From assembly GCA_048938445.1 (NCBI GenBank), contig JBHLME010000019.1, positions 1-46,501 on the forward strand: a stretch of 46,501 nucleotides of DNA, read 5' to 3'. This stretch comes from Promethearchaeota archaeon. Its GTDB lineage: Archaea > Asgardarchaeota > Lokiarchaeia > Sigyniarchaeales > SOKP01. The translations under genes were made by a program, and so were the position numbers. The notes beneath the pieces were generated by a model. It saw only the letters and a list, made by a program, of their open reading frames with translations, was not told where the DNA came from and ran no database searches. Shown piece after piece: positions 37,669-46,501 of this stretch (its first letter is position 1; each line of letters begins with the position of its first letter).

Positions 37669-38265
37669 ATGGAATTATCTAAAGAAAAAAAAGATAATGT
37701 CATAGGTTTTCGGATTAATAATTCATTTTATAACAAATTGGAAGAACTTTCATCCAAACAGAATGAAAAAAAAAGTAATATAGTTAGAAAAGCGCTTTCT
37801 TTTTATTTGAATTTTCAATCAAGCCCATTTCCAATGATCTTGTGGGGAAGAAATGAATTTGGACTTGTATTAGATTTTATGAAAGAAGAAAAACTTCAGG
37901 AATTAGCATTCCTATCATATAAAAATGGAATAAAATCACTTGATAGTATGCTTGAAACATATTCTATTAAAAATGAATCAAATTTTAAATTAGGAATTAA
38001 TATGTGGTTAAATATTTTAATAGATTATTCAGTTTCTCCTAAATTATTTAATTGGTTTGATTCAATAGAATGGTCTTGGATTAAGAAACCAAAAAAAATA
38101 TTAAGAATTATAGGGAATCATAGCATTAATAAGAATTTTTCACTCTATAGTAAATTTCTATTCACATATTATTTAAAGGATTATAATTTGCAATTGAGCA
38201 AAGAAGTCTTATTAGAAGATATGTTGATTTTAGAGTTTACCAGTCATAAAAATAAAACAAATTAG
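37669..38265 (+). CDS. Ribbon-helix-helix (CopG-like) regulator with a C-terminal domain, first gene of the corrinoid operon
   Basis: NVIGFRINNSFYNKLEELSSKQNEKKSNIVRKAL fits the RHH pattern. Confidence 0.7.
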   Translation: MELSKEKKDNVIGFRINNSFYNKLEELSSKQNEKKSNIVRKALSFYLNFQSSPFPMILWGRNEFGLVLDFMKEEKLQELAFLSYKNGIKSLDSMLETYSIKNESNFKLGINMWLNILIDYSVSPKLFNWFDSIEWSWIKKPKKILRIIGNHSINKNFSLYSKFLFTYYLKDYNLQLSKEVLLEDMLILEFTSHKNKTN

Positions 38266-38286
38266 AATTAAGGAAGGAAATAAAAA

Positions 38287-38919
38287 ATGGATTTTGAGAA
38301 ATTAACTGAAATGATAATCGAATTGGAAGTAGATGATATTGCCAGTTCAGTAGAAGAAGCATTGAATGAGGGCAAGGACCCATTTGAAGTGCTTAGTGCC
38401 TTAACTAAAGGCATGGATGAAGTTGGACGGAGATATGAAGAAAAAGAATATTATTTAACCGAGCTAGTTTTAGCTGGAGAAACTATGAAAGAAGCATTTA
38501 GCGTATTAAAACCTGCTCTAGCATCAGCTGATCAGTCCTCCGATAAAATAAGCATCATACTTGCAACAGTTAAAGGAGATAATCATGATATCGGTAAAAA
38601 TATTCTTGGTTCATTATTACTAAGTTCGGGTTTTGAGCTTTATGATCTTGGTATGGATGTAGATGAAAAAGTTATTATAGAAAAAGTCAAAGAAACTAAC
38701 TCCCAGATTGTAGCATTAAGTTCTTTGTTAACAATGACTGTTGAAGAAATAAAAAATGTTCATGATGCTTTAAAAGCTGCGGGATTAAGGGATAACGTTC
38801 AGCTTATTGTTGGGGGTGCTCCTTTAAATGAGGAACTAGCTAAAAAACTTGGTGCTGATGCATTTGCACCGGATGCCGTGGAAGGTGTCAAAAAAATAAA
38901 AGAAATGGTTGGCCAATAA
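38287..38919 (+). CDS. Corrinoid (B12-binding) protein, MtaC/MtbC-like
   Basis: Cap domain (GMDEVGRRYE, YYLTEL), DNHDIGKN (DxHxxG), DLGMDV, SSLLT, VGGAP. Confidence 0.96.
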   Translation: MDFEKLTEMIIELEVDDIASSVEEALNEGKDPFEVLSALTKGMDEVGRRYEEKEYYLTELVLAGETMKEAFSVLKPALASADQSSDKISIILATVKGDNHDIGKNILGSLLLSSGFELYDLGMDVDEKVIIEKVKETNSQIVALSSLLTMTVEEIKNVHDALKAAGLRDNVQLIVGGAPLNEELAKKLGADAFAPDAVEGVKKIKEMVGQ

Positions 38920-38943
38920 GTTAAAGAAACAAGATTTTCAAGC

Positions 38944-40098
38944 ATGAGAAGTATAGAAAGAGTAACGAGAGCATTTCATTTTGATAAACCAGATAGAGTA
39001 CCTTTATATCATATTGGGTTAGGAACTGATTTTTGGCCTGCTTTTTCTTATGAACCACCAGATTTTCAACCTACACAATATCCTCCCCATATTTGGGGAG
39101 GTCCCGCGTTCTATAGTACAATATTTGCCCGATTTTTTTATTACAAATGGGCTGATGAGCATCGTAAGAATTTAGGGTTACCTAAAAAGTGGTGGAATCA
39201 TGAGAAGGACGGGCAGTTATTAACGATTGATGAATGGGGTATCATCTGGAAGTCGGGATCTGTAAGAAGAGATAAAACTATGGGATATCCCTATATTGGG
39301 CCTTTCCAGGAATCCTATGATAATCTTGATGAGTATCAACATCCTGATGCAACAAACGATTCTCGATATCACTTTTGGAAAGGTATTATGAAACGATTTG
39401 GAAAGGGCAGGTATATATATGGTGGTCCTTTGCAGGCATTTATTTATGATCATTCTTCCTTTTTGCGAGGATTTACTAATATTATGCTGGATTTCAGAAA
39501 AAATCCCAATCAAATCCATAAACTAGCTAATATGGTTGCCGATTTTTTTTGTGACGCCGTGCAAAAAATAAAGGAAGTCATTCCTAATCTTAATGCGATC
39601 TTTGTTCTTGATGATCTTGGAACTCAAAAAGGACCTATCCTCTCTCCGGAAACGTTCCGAAGATTTTTTTTTGAACCATATAAGAGAGTAATTGACCTCA
39701 CTCATGATCTCGGAATGGATTTCATTCTTCATTGTTGTGGAAATATTTTGGAATTATTTCCTATATTTATTGATCTTGGAATTGATGTTATGGAATTCGA
39801 CCAACCGAATGTCACTGGAGTTGAAAATTACAAACATTATGCTGAACAGCAAAAAATTGCTTTTTTTTTGAGTTCTGATCTTCAGACTACTTTTACGCAA
39901 GGAACACCCGAGGAGGTTGAAAATGAGGTTAAATATTATGTTAAGGAAATTGGAAATAATTATGGTGGATTAGCCTTTTCCTCATATGCAGACACGAGAG
40001 CAATTGAAGCTCCAAGAGCGAATATAAGAGCGTTTAAAAATGCAGCTAGGAAATGGGGAAATTATAATTCACAAGGAAAAATAGAATGGATGGTATGA
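38944..40098 (+). CDS. UroD/MtaA-CmuA-family TIM-barrel protein 1
   Basis: PDRVP, DEWG, LRG, DDLGTQ, SPE, HCCG. Confidence 0.9.
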   Translation: MRSIERVTRAFHFDKPDRVPLYHIGLGTDFWPAFSYEPPDFQPTQYPPHIWGGPAFYSTIFARFFYYKWADEHRKNLGLPKKWWNHEKDGQLLTIDEWGIIWKSGSVRRDKTMGYPYIGPFQESYDNLDEYQHPDATNDSRYHFWKGIMKRFGKGRYIYGGPLQAFIYDHSSFLRGFTNIMLDFRKNPNQIHKLANMVADFFCDAVQKIKEVIPNLNAIFVLDDLGTQKGPILSPETFRRFFFEPYKRVIDLTHDLGMDFILHCCGNILELFPIFIDLGIDVMEFDQPNVTGVENYKHYAEQQKIAFFLSSDLQTTFTQGTPEEVENEVKYYVKEIGNNYGGLAFSSYADTRAIEAPRANIRAFKNAARKWGNYNSQGKIEWMV

Positions 40099-40101
40099 AA
40101 A

Positions 40102-41289
40102 ATGGATGCTCAAGAAAGAATATTAAGAACTATAAATCATGAAGAACCTGATAAAGTACCTTGGTTTGAATTAAGCATAGATAATCTAAAAATTGTTAAA
40201 CATTTTGGTGGAAAGTATGAACTCCAAGGTCTAGGAAGTGCTCTTAAATTGGCATACAATTTAAGTTTTAGGAGCAATAAAATTATGTCTAAAATGATGC
40301 CAAAAATGACTTATAGCAAGACAGTTCTAAAAAGATCAGTATCGGTAGTGAATAATCTCTATACAAATATTGGTATTGATCTTGCTATTGTGCCTTTAGC
40401 AGGTTATTACATATATTTTGAAAAAAAACGTTTAATTGATGAATATGCTAGAATTTTTGATGTTATAAAACAATCTAATGATAATATGGATTTCTTATAT
40501 TATAAGGGAGGAATTCTAAAAAATTTTGAAGATTATGAAGCTTTTCCCCCTTTGGATCCTGATAATCCAATAAGACAACAGATATTTAAAGTTGCTCAAG
40601 ATGTTCAAATCAAAAATAAAGGAAAATTATGTTTTGTTCCAGCTATTATGGGAATGATGGAAGCAAGTTGGGAAGGATTTGGGATTGAATTGTTCAGTAA
40701 AATGTTGACCAAAACCAAACAAATCCAGAAAATTTTTGATGATAGAGGTAATTTTGCTGTTGAGCTTACAAAAAGAGTCATTGAATGGGGTGAAACAGGT
40801 GGAATTCTTGTTTTTGATGATTATGGATATAAACAAGGATTGTTCATGAGTCCAAGAAATTATCGAAAATTTGTTTTTCCATGGTTAAAAAGGATTTGCT
40901 CAACAGCTCATAAAGGAGGTCTTAAAGTTATTTTACACTGTTGTGGAGATATTTTCCAAGTGATTGAAGATATTATCAATGCTGGTGTAGATGCTCTACA
41001 TCCAATCGAACCCACTACAGCCAACCCTGAATATAGTATATTCAACCTAAAAAAATTATATGGTGATAAAATTACGTTTGTAGGAAATGTCAGCCCTCAA
41101 GATCTTAGCTCAATGATTCCAGATTACATTCGAGATTATTCTAAAAGCTTACTAAAAGAAATTGCTCCTGGAGGTGGTTTTATCTTTGGTTCTGGGCATA
41201 GTATTAATCCTGCAGTAACATTGGACAATTTTTTAGCAATGAGAGAAACATTGTTAAAATATCGTGATTATCCTATTAAATTAAATTAA
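40102..41289 (+). CDS. UroD/MtaA-CmuA-family TIM-barrel protein 2
   Basis: EEPDKVP, DDYGYK, MSP, HCCG, GGGFIFGSGHS. Confidence 0.9.
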   Translation: MDAQERILRTINHEEPDKVPWFELSIDNLKIVKHFGGKYELQGLGSALKLAYNLSFRSNKIMSKMMPKMTYSKTVLKRSVSVVNNLYTNIGIDLAIVPLAGYYIYFEKKRLIDEYARIFDVIKQSNDNMDFLYYKGGILKNFEDYEAFPPLDPDNPIRQQIFKVAQDVQIKNKGKLCFVPAIMGMMEASWEGFGIELFSKMLTKTKQIQKIFDDRGNFAVELTKRVIEWGETGGILVFDDYGYKQGLFMSPRNYRKFVFPWLKRICSTAHKGGLKVILHCCGDIFQVIEDIINAGVDALHPIEPTTANPEYSIFNLKKLYGDKITFVGNVSPQDLSSMIPDYIRDYSKSLLKEIAPGGGFIFGSGHSINPAVTLDNFLAMRETLLKYRDYPIKLN

Positions 41290-41320
41290 AATTAAAAACG
41301 AAATAGATAAATTGATCAAA

Positions 41321-41710
41321 ATGAGTGAAAAGAATAATAAAATAGAAGGACTTCCAGCTTTAGTATATACAGCATTATGGCAAACTCGTGAAATGGGTTT
41401 TTTAAAGAATATTTTGACAGATTTAAAGATTAAAAATCTTAGAATTATGTTTTTTTTTAAGGATTATAAACCTGGAGCATTATTAGAAATTGATGGAGAA
41501 AAGGGAGATTATAAAGTCACTGCCATAGATTCAAGCGAGAATATAAAATATGATGGTGCGATTATTGGAGAATTAGGACCAATTGTAAAAATGTTAGAAG
41601 GTGGCTTTTTTAGAAAAGGTTTCAAAGTATTGATAAAAAAAAAACTAATTTTAAAAGGAAAATTAAATTTGTATAAATTTTTAAAAATCTTAGGGAGGTG
41701 TGCTATATAA
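41321..41710 (+). CDS. Stand-alone SCP2-like lipid-binding protein
   Basis: YDGAIIGELGPIVKMLEG...LIKKKLILKGKLNLYKF resembles the SCP2 C-terminal pattern and the N-domains at 3844 and 5181. Confidence 0.6.
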   Translation: MSEKNNKIEGLPALVYTALWQTREMGFLKNILTDLKIKNLRIMFFFKDYKPGALLEIDGEKGDYKVTAIDSSENIKYDGAIIGELGPIVKMLEGGFFRKGFKVLIKKKLILKGKLNLYKFLKILGRCAI

Positions 41711-42841
41711 GTGCTAGAAAATGATTCTTGGGAAGTGGTAAGTGATGCCTTAGAATGTAAAGTTCCTAAAAGAATCCCTACATTTTGTCTTGGTGCTGAT
41801 TGGGATTTTATGGAACGTTTCATTGCGGAAGTGGGATTCACATACGAAGAAGTAAAAGAACTAAAAAAGGATAAAATCGCGTTTATGTGCCCTACTCACG
41901 TAGCATTATCTGTGAAGCTCGGTGTCGATCTTACATGGATGACTGCTGGAGATCAACCAATCTGGTTGGATAGCGTGAATGAGATCGCATTACCTCATGG
42001 TGGGCGATTAAAATTTGTAATTCGAGACTCCACTTACAAAGTTCCACTTGGTAGAGAAAAAAGACCAATCCCCCATTGGTGGTTTTATAAAGAAGGTATA
42101 ACAAATAAAGATGAAATGCTGGAATATATGAAAAGAAATATTAACTACTTAAAACGTCCTTTTCGAAATATAAAAAAAATGGTTAAAATATGTGAAAAAA
42201 AATATAATTTAATCGTTGCAACCGGTATTGTAGGTCCTTGGGAATGTCTTCATTTCTCAATAGGTTTTGGAAATATAGCCAAATTTTGGAGAAAAGATCG
42301 AGACTTTTTACATGAATACAACCAGAAACTCATCGATTTCTCCGTAAAAGGTATGGAAGATATGGTAAAAATTATTAAACCAAAAGTGGTAATGATTGGC
42401 GATGATTATGGATTCAATAGCGGTTTGCAAATGAGCATAGAAATGTGGCGAGATTTGGTAAAACCGACATTAGCGGAATATGTAAGGATTGTTCATGATG
42501 CGGGGGGAAAGTGTCTATTACACTCTTGTGGTAGGGTTGGCGAATTATTTAAAGACTTTACTGAGATTAGTCTTGATGGCATAGAGTCTTTAAAGCCAAA
42601 GAATAACGATCTAATAGGGTTAAAGCAAAAATATGGGGATAAACTTGCACTATTGGGCACAATTGACGATTCTGAGATGTTAAAATATTCCTCTCCAGCA
42701 GATGTAAAGAAATCTGTCACCCAATCTATAAAAGATCTCGGACCAGGAGGGTATATCCCAGGAGCAACTAATTTTTTATTGGATCAACCAGTAGAGAATA
42801 TTCATGCGATGCTTGAAGCAATAAGAGAGTATAAAATTTAA
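41711..42841 (+). CDS. UroD/MtaA-CmuA-family TIM-barrel protein 3
   Basis: PKRIP, GDDYG, HSCG, GGYIPG, PVENI; GGAGGTG SD inside the upstream gene's 3' end. Confidence 0.9.
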   Translation: MLENDSWEVVSDALECKVPKRIPTFCLGADWDFMERFIAEVGFTYEEVKELKKDKIAFMCPTHVALSVKLGVDLTWMTAGDQPIWLDSVNEIALPHGGRLKFVIRDSTYKVPLGREKRPIPHWWFYKEGITNKDEMLEYMKRNINYLKRPFRNIKKMVKICEKKYNLIVATGIVGPWECLHFSIGFGNIAKFWRKDRDFLHEYNQKLIDFSVKGMEDMVKIIKPKVVMIGDDYGFNSGLQMSIEMWRDLVKPTLAEYVRIVHDAGGKCLLHSCGRVGELFKDFTEISLDGIESLKPKNNDLIGLKQKYGDKLALLGTIDDSEMLKYSSPADVKKSVTQSIKDLGPGGYIPGATNFLLDQPVENIHAMLEAIREYKI

Positions 42842-42972
42842 ACATTTTTTTTTGATGCATATTTATATTTTTTTCCTAGTTCTTTTATCTTGATTATAAA
42901 AAATAAAAATAAAGCTATTTAGGTTGATAATATTCTTTTAATTCAAAAATGGTAGAAAATTGAGATAAAATT

Positions 42973-44202
42973 ATGACATCAGATGTATATTTTTTTACAG
43001 CAAGGACTCGTGCGTACGAGGAAAGTTTATCAAAGATTAAAGGCCCTTTATCTCTAGAAAAATTAGGTTTTAGAGAAAAGATCAATGAAGATGATAAGGT
43101 CTGTGTTAAAACTCATTTTGGCGCCGAGGAAAATGTACGATATTTAAGACCGAGTTATATAAGGTTTTTATGTGATTATATTAAGCAGGTGGGCGGAATC
43201 CCCTCTGTCGCTGAATCATGTGGATGGGGTGCACCAGAGAGATTTACAGGGAAGCATTCTGAGTACAGTGGAAGAGCATCTGAAGATGAATATTTAAGGG
43301 TAGCATTATTACATGGATATACTCCTGAAACAATGGGTGCTCCAATCTTAATGTTAGATGGCTCGAATGGTACAAATATCATAAAACAGAAAATTAACGG
43401 GAAAATATTTAAAGAAGTCTTAGTAGCAGGCAGATTAAAAGAATTTGATCATTTAATTTTAGCAAGTCATTTTAAAGGACATCCAGCAGCGGGATTTGGG
43501 GGTGCCCTCAAAAACTTGGGAATAGGGTGCGTATCGAAAGGTGGAAAAGTCCAAGCTCATAATGGTAAGAAATTCGTGTTTAATTATGATGCTCCTATTG
43601 ATGATTATGAGGATTGCTTGAAAATTTGCCCAACTAAAGCAATTTCTGAAGGAGAAAATGGTAGAATACAAAGAGATGAGACTTTATGCAAATTATGCTA
43701 CATGTGTAAATCTGTTTGTAAAAATGATGTAATTGATATAGGTCAAGCAACCCGGGAAGAATTTATTACGCAAATGGTTGATAATGCTTCAGGTGTTGTA
43801 AAATACTTTGGAAGTGAAAAAATATTTTACATCAATTATGTAATTGATGTTACTTATCAGTGTGATTGCAGTGGTGCAAGTGATGTGCCCTTCGTATCGG
43901 ATATAGGAATCCTTTCCTCACTTGATCCTGTCGCTTTAGACCAAGCTTGTGTAGATTTAGTTCATAAATCCTCAATGAATCCACATTCCGCTCTTGGTGA
44001 TATTAAAACATTACAGAACGATGAAAACGAATGGTTTTCTTATACACCTCGGTTTGATCCCGATACCGGGAAATATGATTATAATCTTGACGCAAAAAAA
44101 TCTAAGCATTGGGAACTTCAAATGAAAATTGCTGAAGAATTGGAACTCGGTACTCGTGACTATAATCTTATTGAAGTTGAGATAGAAGTGGATAATCATT
44201 AG
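42973..44202 (+). CDS. DUF362 family protein with inserted 4Fe-4S ferredoxin domain
   Basis: VKTHFG, SHFKGH, GFGGALKNLGIGC, CKLCYMCKSVC, CDC, DIGILSSLDPVALDQAC. Confidence 0.92.
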   Translation: MTSDVYFFTARTRAYEESLSKIKGPLSLEKLGFREKINEDDKVCVKTHFGAEENVRYLRPSYIRFLCDYIKQVGGIPSVAESCGWGAPERFTGKHSEYSGRASEDEYLRVALLHGYTPETMGAPILMLDGSNGTNIIKQKINGKIFKEVLVAGRLKEFDHLILASHFKGHPAAGFGGALKNLGIGCVSKGGKVQAHNGKKFVFNYDAPIDDYEDCLKICPTKAISEGENGRIQRDETLCKLCYMCKSVCKNDVIDIGQATREEFITQMVDNASGVVKYFGSEKIFYINYVIDVTYQCDCSGASDVPFVSDIGILSSLDPVALDQACVDLVHKSSMNPHSALGDIKTLQNDENEWFSYTPRFDPDTGKYDYNLDAKKSKHWELQMKIAEELELGTRDYNLIEVEIEVDNH

Positions 44203-44327
44203 GAGATTAATTTTTTTTATGAGTATGTTACTAGTTGATAAACAATTCTAAATTTCCTTATAACCTATATATACATTATAAAGGTTGTTAATGAAAATAA
44301 ATTAAATTGTAAGTTCTCGAAAATATA

Positions 44328-45323
44328 ATGAATGAAATAAAATGGGGAATTTTAGGATGTGGAAAGATTGCACGTTTGTTTGCTGAAAGCTTAAAAGAAC
44401 TCCCCGATGCAAAATTAGAAGCAATTTCTTCTCGAACTGAAGGAATAGCTGAAAAATTTGGAACACAATATAAGGTTAAAAAGAGATATACAACTTATGA
44501 AGAATTAGCGAGTGACCCAGATATTGATGTCATATATATTGCTACTACTCATAATTTTCATTATGAAAATGCTTTATTATGTTTAAATTATGAAAAAGCT
44601 GTACTATGTGAAAAAGCTTTTACTGTAAATGCTCCTCAAGCTGAAATATTAATTAATACTGCTCGGAAAAAACGAGTATTCTTAATGGAGGCCATGTGGA
44701 CAAGATTTATCCCTTGTATGAAAAAATTAAAGGATATACTTGACGAAGAACGATTAGGAGATGTTCACTACGTGAAAGCGGATTATGGAAGGAATACTAA
44801 AGTTGCCAATTCACACCGACTATTTAATCTGGAATTGGCGGGGGGTGCATTATTAGATCTTGGGATATATCCCATTTCGCTTGCATCTATGATTTATAAA
44901 AGAGCACCAATGAGAATTACAAGTAGTGCAACTATAGGAGAAACTGGTGTTGATGATAGCTCCTTTTATTTCTTTGAATATGATAGAAAGGAGACAGCAT
45001 TCCTCTCTTCTTCCCTTAAAATAAATATACCTAATACAGCTCACATTTTTGGAACAAAAGGATATGTCCAAATATTCGATTTTGTCCATCCTACAAAAAT
45101 GATGCTAAAACTTGAAAGGAATCGCAAAAAAGAGATTAAAATTCCTTATAAATCTTTTGGATATAATTATGAAGCAAGAGAAGTAATGGATTGCTTGAAA
45201 GATGGAAAACTTGAGAGTGAAGTTATGCCGTTAGATGAAACCCTACAAATAATGAAAACTATGGATGAATTAAGATCTCAATGGAATTTAAAATATAAAG
45301 GAGATTATATTAATTCTATATAA
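44328..45323 (+). CDS. Gfo/Idh/MocA-family oxidoreductase
   Basis: WGILGCGKIA, YIAT, CEKAF, MEAMWTRF, GGALLDLGIY. Confidence 0.95.
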   Translation: MNEIKWGILGCGKIARLFAESLKELPDAKLEAISSRTEGIAEKFGTQYKVKKRYTTYEELASDPDIDVIYIATTHNFHYENALLCLNYEKAVLCEKAFTVNAPQAEILINTARKKRVFLMEAMWTRFIPCMKKLKDILDEERLGDVHYVKADYGRNTKVANSHRLFNLELAGGALLDLGIYPISLASMIYKRAPMRITSSATIGETGVDDSSFYFFEYDRKETAFLSSSLKINIPNTAHIFGTKGYVQIFDFVHPTKMMLKLERNRKKEIKIPYKSFGYNYEAREVMDCLKDGKLESEVMPLDETLQIMKTMDELRSQWNLKYKGDYINSI

Positions 45324-46090
45324 GAAATGAGTCCTAATTCATCAATTTTTTTAAGTATTTTATATATTTCTTCAATTGGTAAATTCATTTTATGTGCTAT
45401 GTCTTCGGAGGTATTAAAACCATTAAATAAATGTGCTATTTTATATTGAAGTTGTGTAAGAAGTCCCTGAGAAATTGATTGCTCAGGGAGCCTTATATCT
45501 TTATTCCAAGATTTTTTTCCATCATTATCTTTAACTTTCTTATAGATCTCTTCCTTTAATTGAATCTTCTTTAGATTTTTCAATCCAAATAACTTCAAAA
45601 AAGATTTTTTATATATTTTAAATATTGGAATATTATTTTTAACAACTCCAATTTGTCCATCTTTTAGTAAATCCCTTATAACCATATTAAAATCTTTAAA
45701 TTTAATAAGTCTTCCATCCCAGCCGATTAATTCACCTTTACTGTTGTATCTCTTAACAAATTTTGATTGTAAATTACTTAAACCATGATAAATAATCATT
45801 TTATCATCTGTTTTGTCTGCAACTCCGATTACGATCACATCATTTTGAACGATCAGGAATAAATTATATATCTCCATGTCTTTAATCAAATAAGCAGATA
45901 TTACTTATTTTATAATCTTTAAATCTCCTGATCCCATACTCATTTCTTTCCCAATGTTTTTAAATGCTACAACATAACCACTGATTAAATCTGAATCGAA
46001 ATCAACCTCAGTCTCAGAAAATCTTTCTGAAACTAAGCACACTCCGGAAATTTGGTGAACTATATATACTACATGAAGAATTTTAATCAC
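45305..46090 (-). CDS. Longin-like domain plus C-terminal wHTH protein, interrupted by a 30-nt insert (spliced gene or pseudogene; 251 aa if the insert is removed)
   Basis: ORFs 45905-46090 and 45305-45889 are in one frame separated by one TAA. ILHVVYIVHQISGVCL...DSDLISGYVVAFKNIGKEM...GDLKII/DMEIYNLF fits the longin-like pattern; C-terminal FNGFNTSEDIA...LKKIDELGLI is wHTH-like. Confidence 0.7.
45882..45911 (-). other. Candidate 30-nt archaeal-type (relaxed BHB) mRNA intron, or mini-insertion footprint
   Basis: GAUU AU^A AAAUAAGUA AUAUC UGCUUAUUU GAUU AA^A; contains the TAA; removal restores K-I-I-D-M. Confidence 0.5.
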
Positions 46091-46308
46091 TTATGATTTT
46101 TTTTTTTTATTTCTAATTATAATTTTAAAAAAGTAATTAAAAAATTTTAATTCAATCGGTTAAGAAATTATTTTGTAAAATTTAAAATTTATTCACAGAC
46201 AACTGTGTATAGTAATTATTTTTTATCCTCAAGATATTGCAATATGATATTAAAAATCGGACTCCTTAAGATTATTAAAAGCTTACAGATTTGTAAATTT
46301 TGATTAAC

Positions 46309-46501
46309 ATGGTTAGAATTCAAATCGATGATAATTCTAAACAATTAATTAGCTTTTTCATACTTACTTTTCTCATTTCATGGAGTATTTGGTTTATTGC
46401 TCCATTAATCTTTTATGGAGATTCCACTTCACTTGTTTATTTTTGTGGAATTGGAAACTTTGGTCCTTCATTGTCTGCAATAATTATTGCTTCAAGAATA
46501 A
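46309..46501 (+). CDS. CPBP/CAAX (Abi)-family intramembrane protease, N-terminus only
   Basis: Hand translation MVRIQIDDNSKQLISFFILTFLISWSIWF...GIGNFGPSLSAIII; FFxLxFxxSWxxW and FGPxxxA are typical N-terminal motifs; runs off the window. Confidence 0.7.
   Translation, partial: MVRIQIDDNSKQLISFFILTFLISWSIWFIAPLIFYGDSTSLVYFCGIGNFGPSLSAIIIASRI

Noticed and set aside
38944-42841. Calling the three barrels uroporphyrinogen decarboxylase (hemE)
   Set aside because: They lack the RQAGR motif, have an H-x-C zinc motif and sit beside a corrinoid protein.
4014-45089. Short antisense or overlapping ORFs in the track (e.g. 4014-4415, 7111-7383, 11456-11734, 29174-29446, 32902-33216, 37246-37446, 41509-41841)
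   Set aside because: They are shadows of well-supported genes and carry no motifs.
21497-45907. TAA recoding, suggested by three in-frame TAAs (HAD 21497, GT4 25201, longin-like 45905)
   Set aside because: TAA is the normal stop for many intact genes in this window, and each case has a simpler local explanation.
46191-46210. Short inverted repeat CACAG-ACAA-CTGTG
   Set aside because: Only 5-bp perfect arms and a single occurrence; could be chance.
1-46501. CRISPR arrays, tRNA/rRNA genes, integrases, transposases
   Set aside because: No regularly spaced repeats, GC-rich structured RNA segments or recombinase motifs were seen by eye.

Overview
AT-rich archaeal window, most likely an Asgard archaeon (Lokiarchaeia-like). 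This is inferred from TATA/BRE promoters, GGAGGTG/GAGGTGA Shine-Dalgarno sites, lysW, a longin-like protein, and several SCP2-like and UroD/MtaA-family paralogs. Layout: (1) 1-6.4 kb, two Ig-like surface proteins (one with a LEA_2-like domain) divergent from a small membrane protein and two tandem SCP2-like/multi-TM fusions, with four promoters sharing one architecture; (2) 6.4-18.8 kb, acyl-CoA/lipid metabolism (SDR, thiolase, MaoC, acyl-CoA ligase, ADP-forming acyl-CoA synthetase alpha) plus a nitroreductase, a CPA2 antiporter and an acetylene-hydratase-like Mo/W enzyme; (3) 18.8-34.8 kb, an accessory stretch of GNATs, SAM methyltransferases, two TrmO/TsaA-like genes, a GH-like/GT4 pair, wHTH regulators and a HAD pseudogene; (4) lysX-lysZ-lysW with atypical features; (5) a corrinoid protein + three UroD/MtaA-family genes + an SCP2-like gene; (6) DUF362, Gfo/Idh/MocA, a longin-like/wHTH gene and a partial CPBP protease. 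The most striking signal is a 30-nt stop-containing insert in the longin-like gene. It folds as a relaxed bulge-helix-bulge motif, and its canonical excision restores the frame, making it a candidate archaeal mRNA intron; a transposon footprint is the main alternative. All calls come from reading the sequence by eye; no searches were run.
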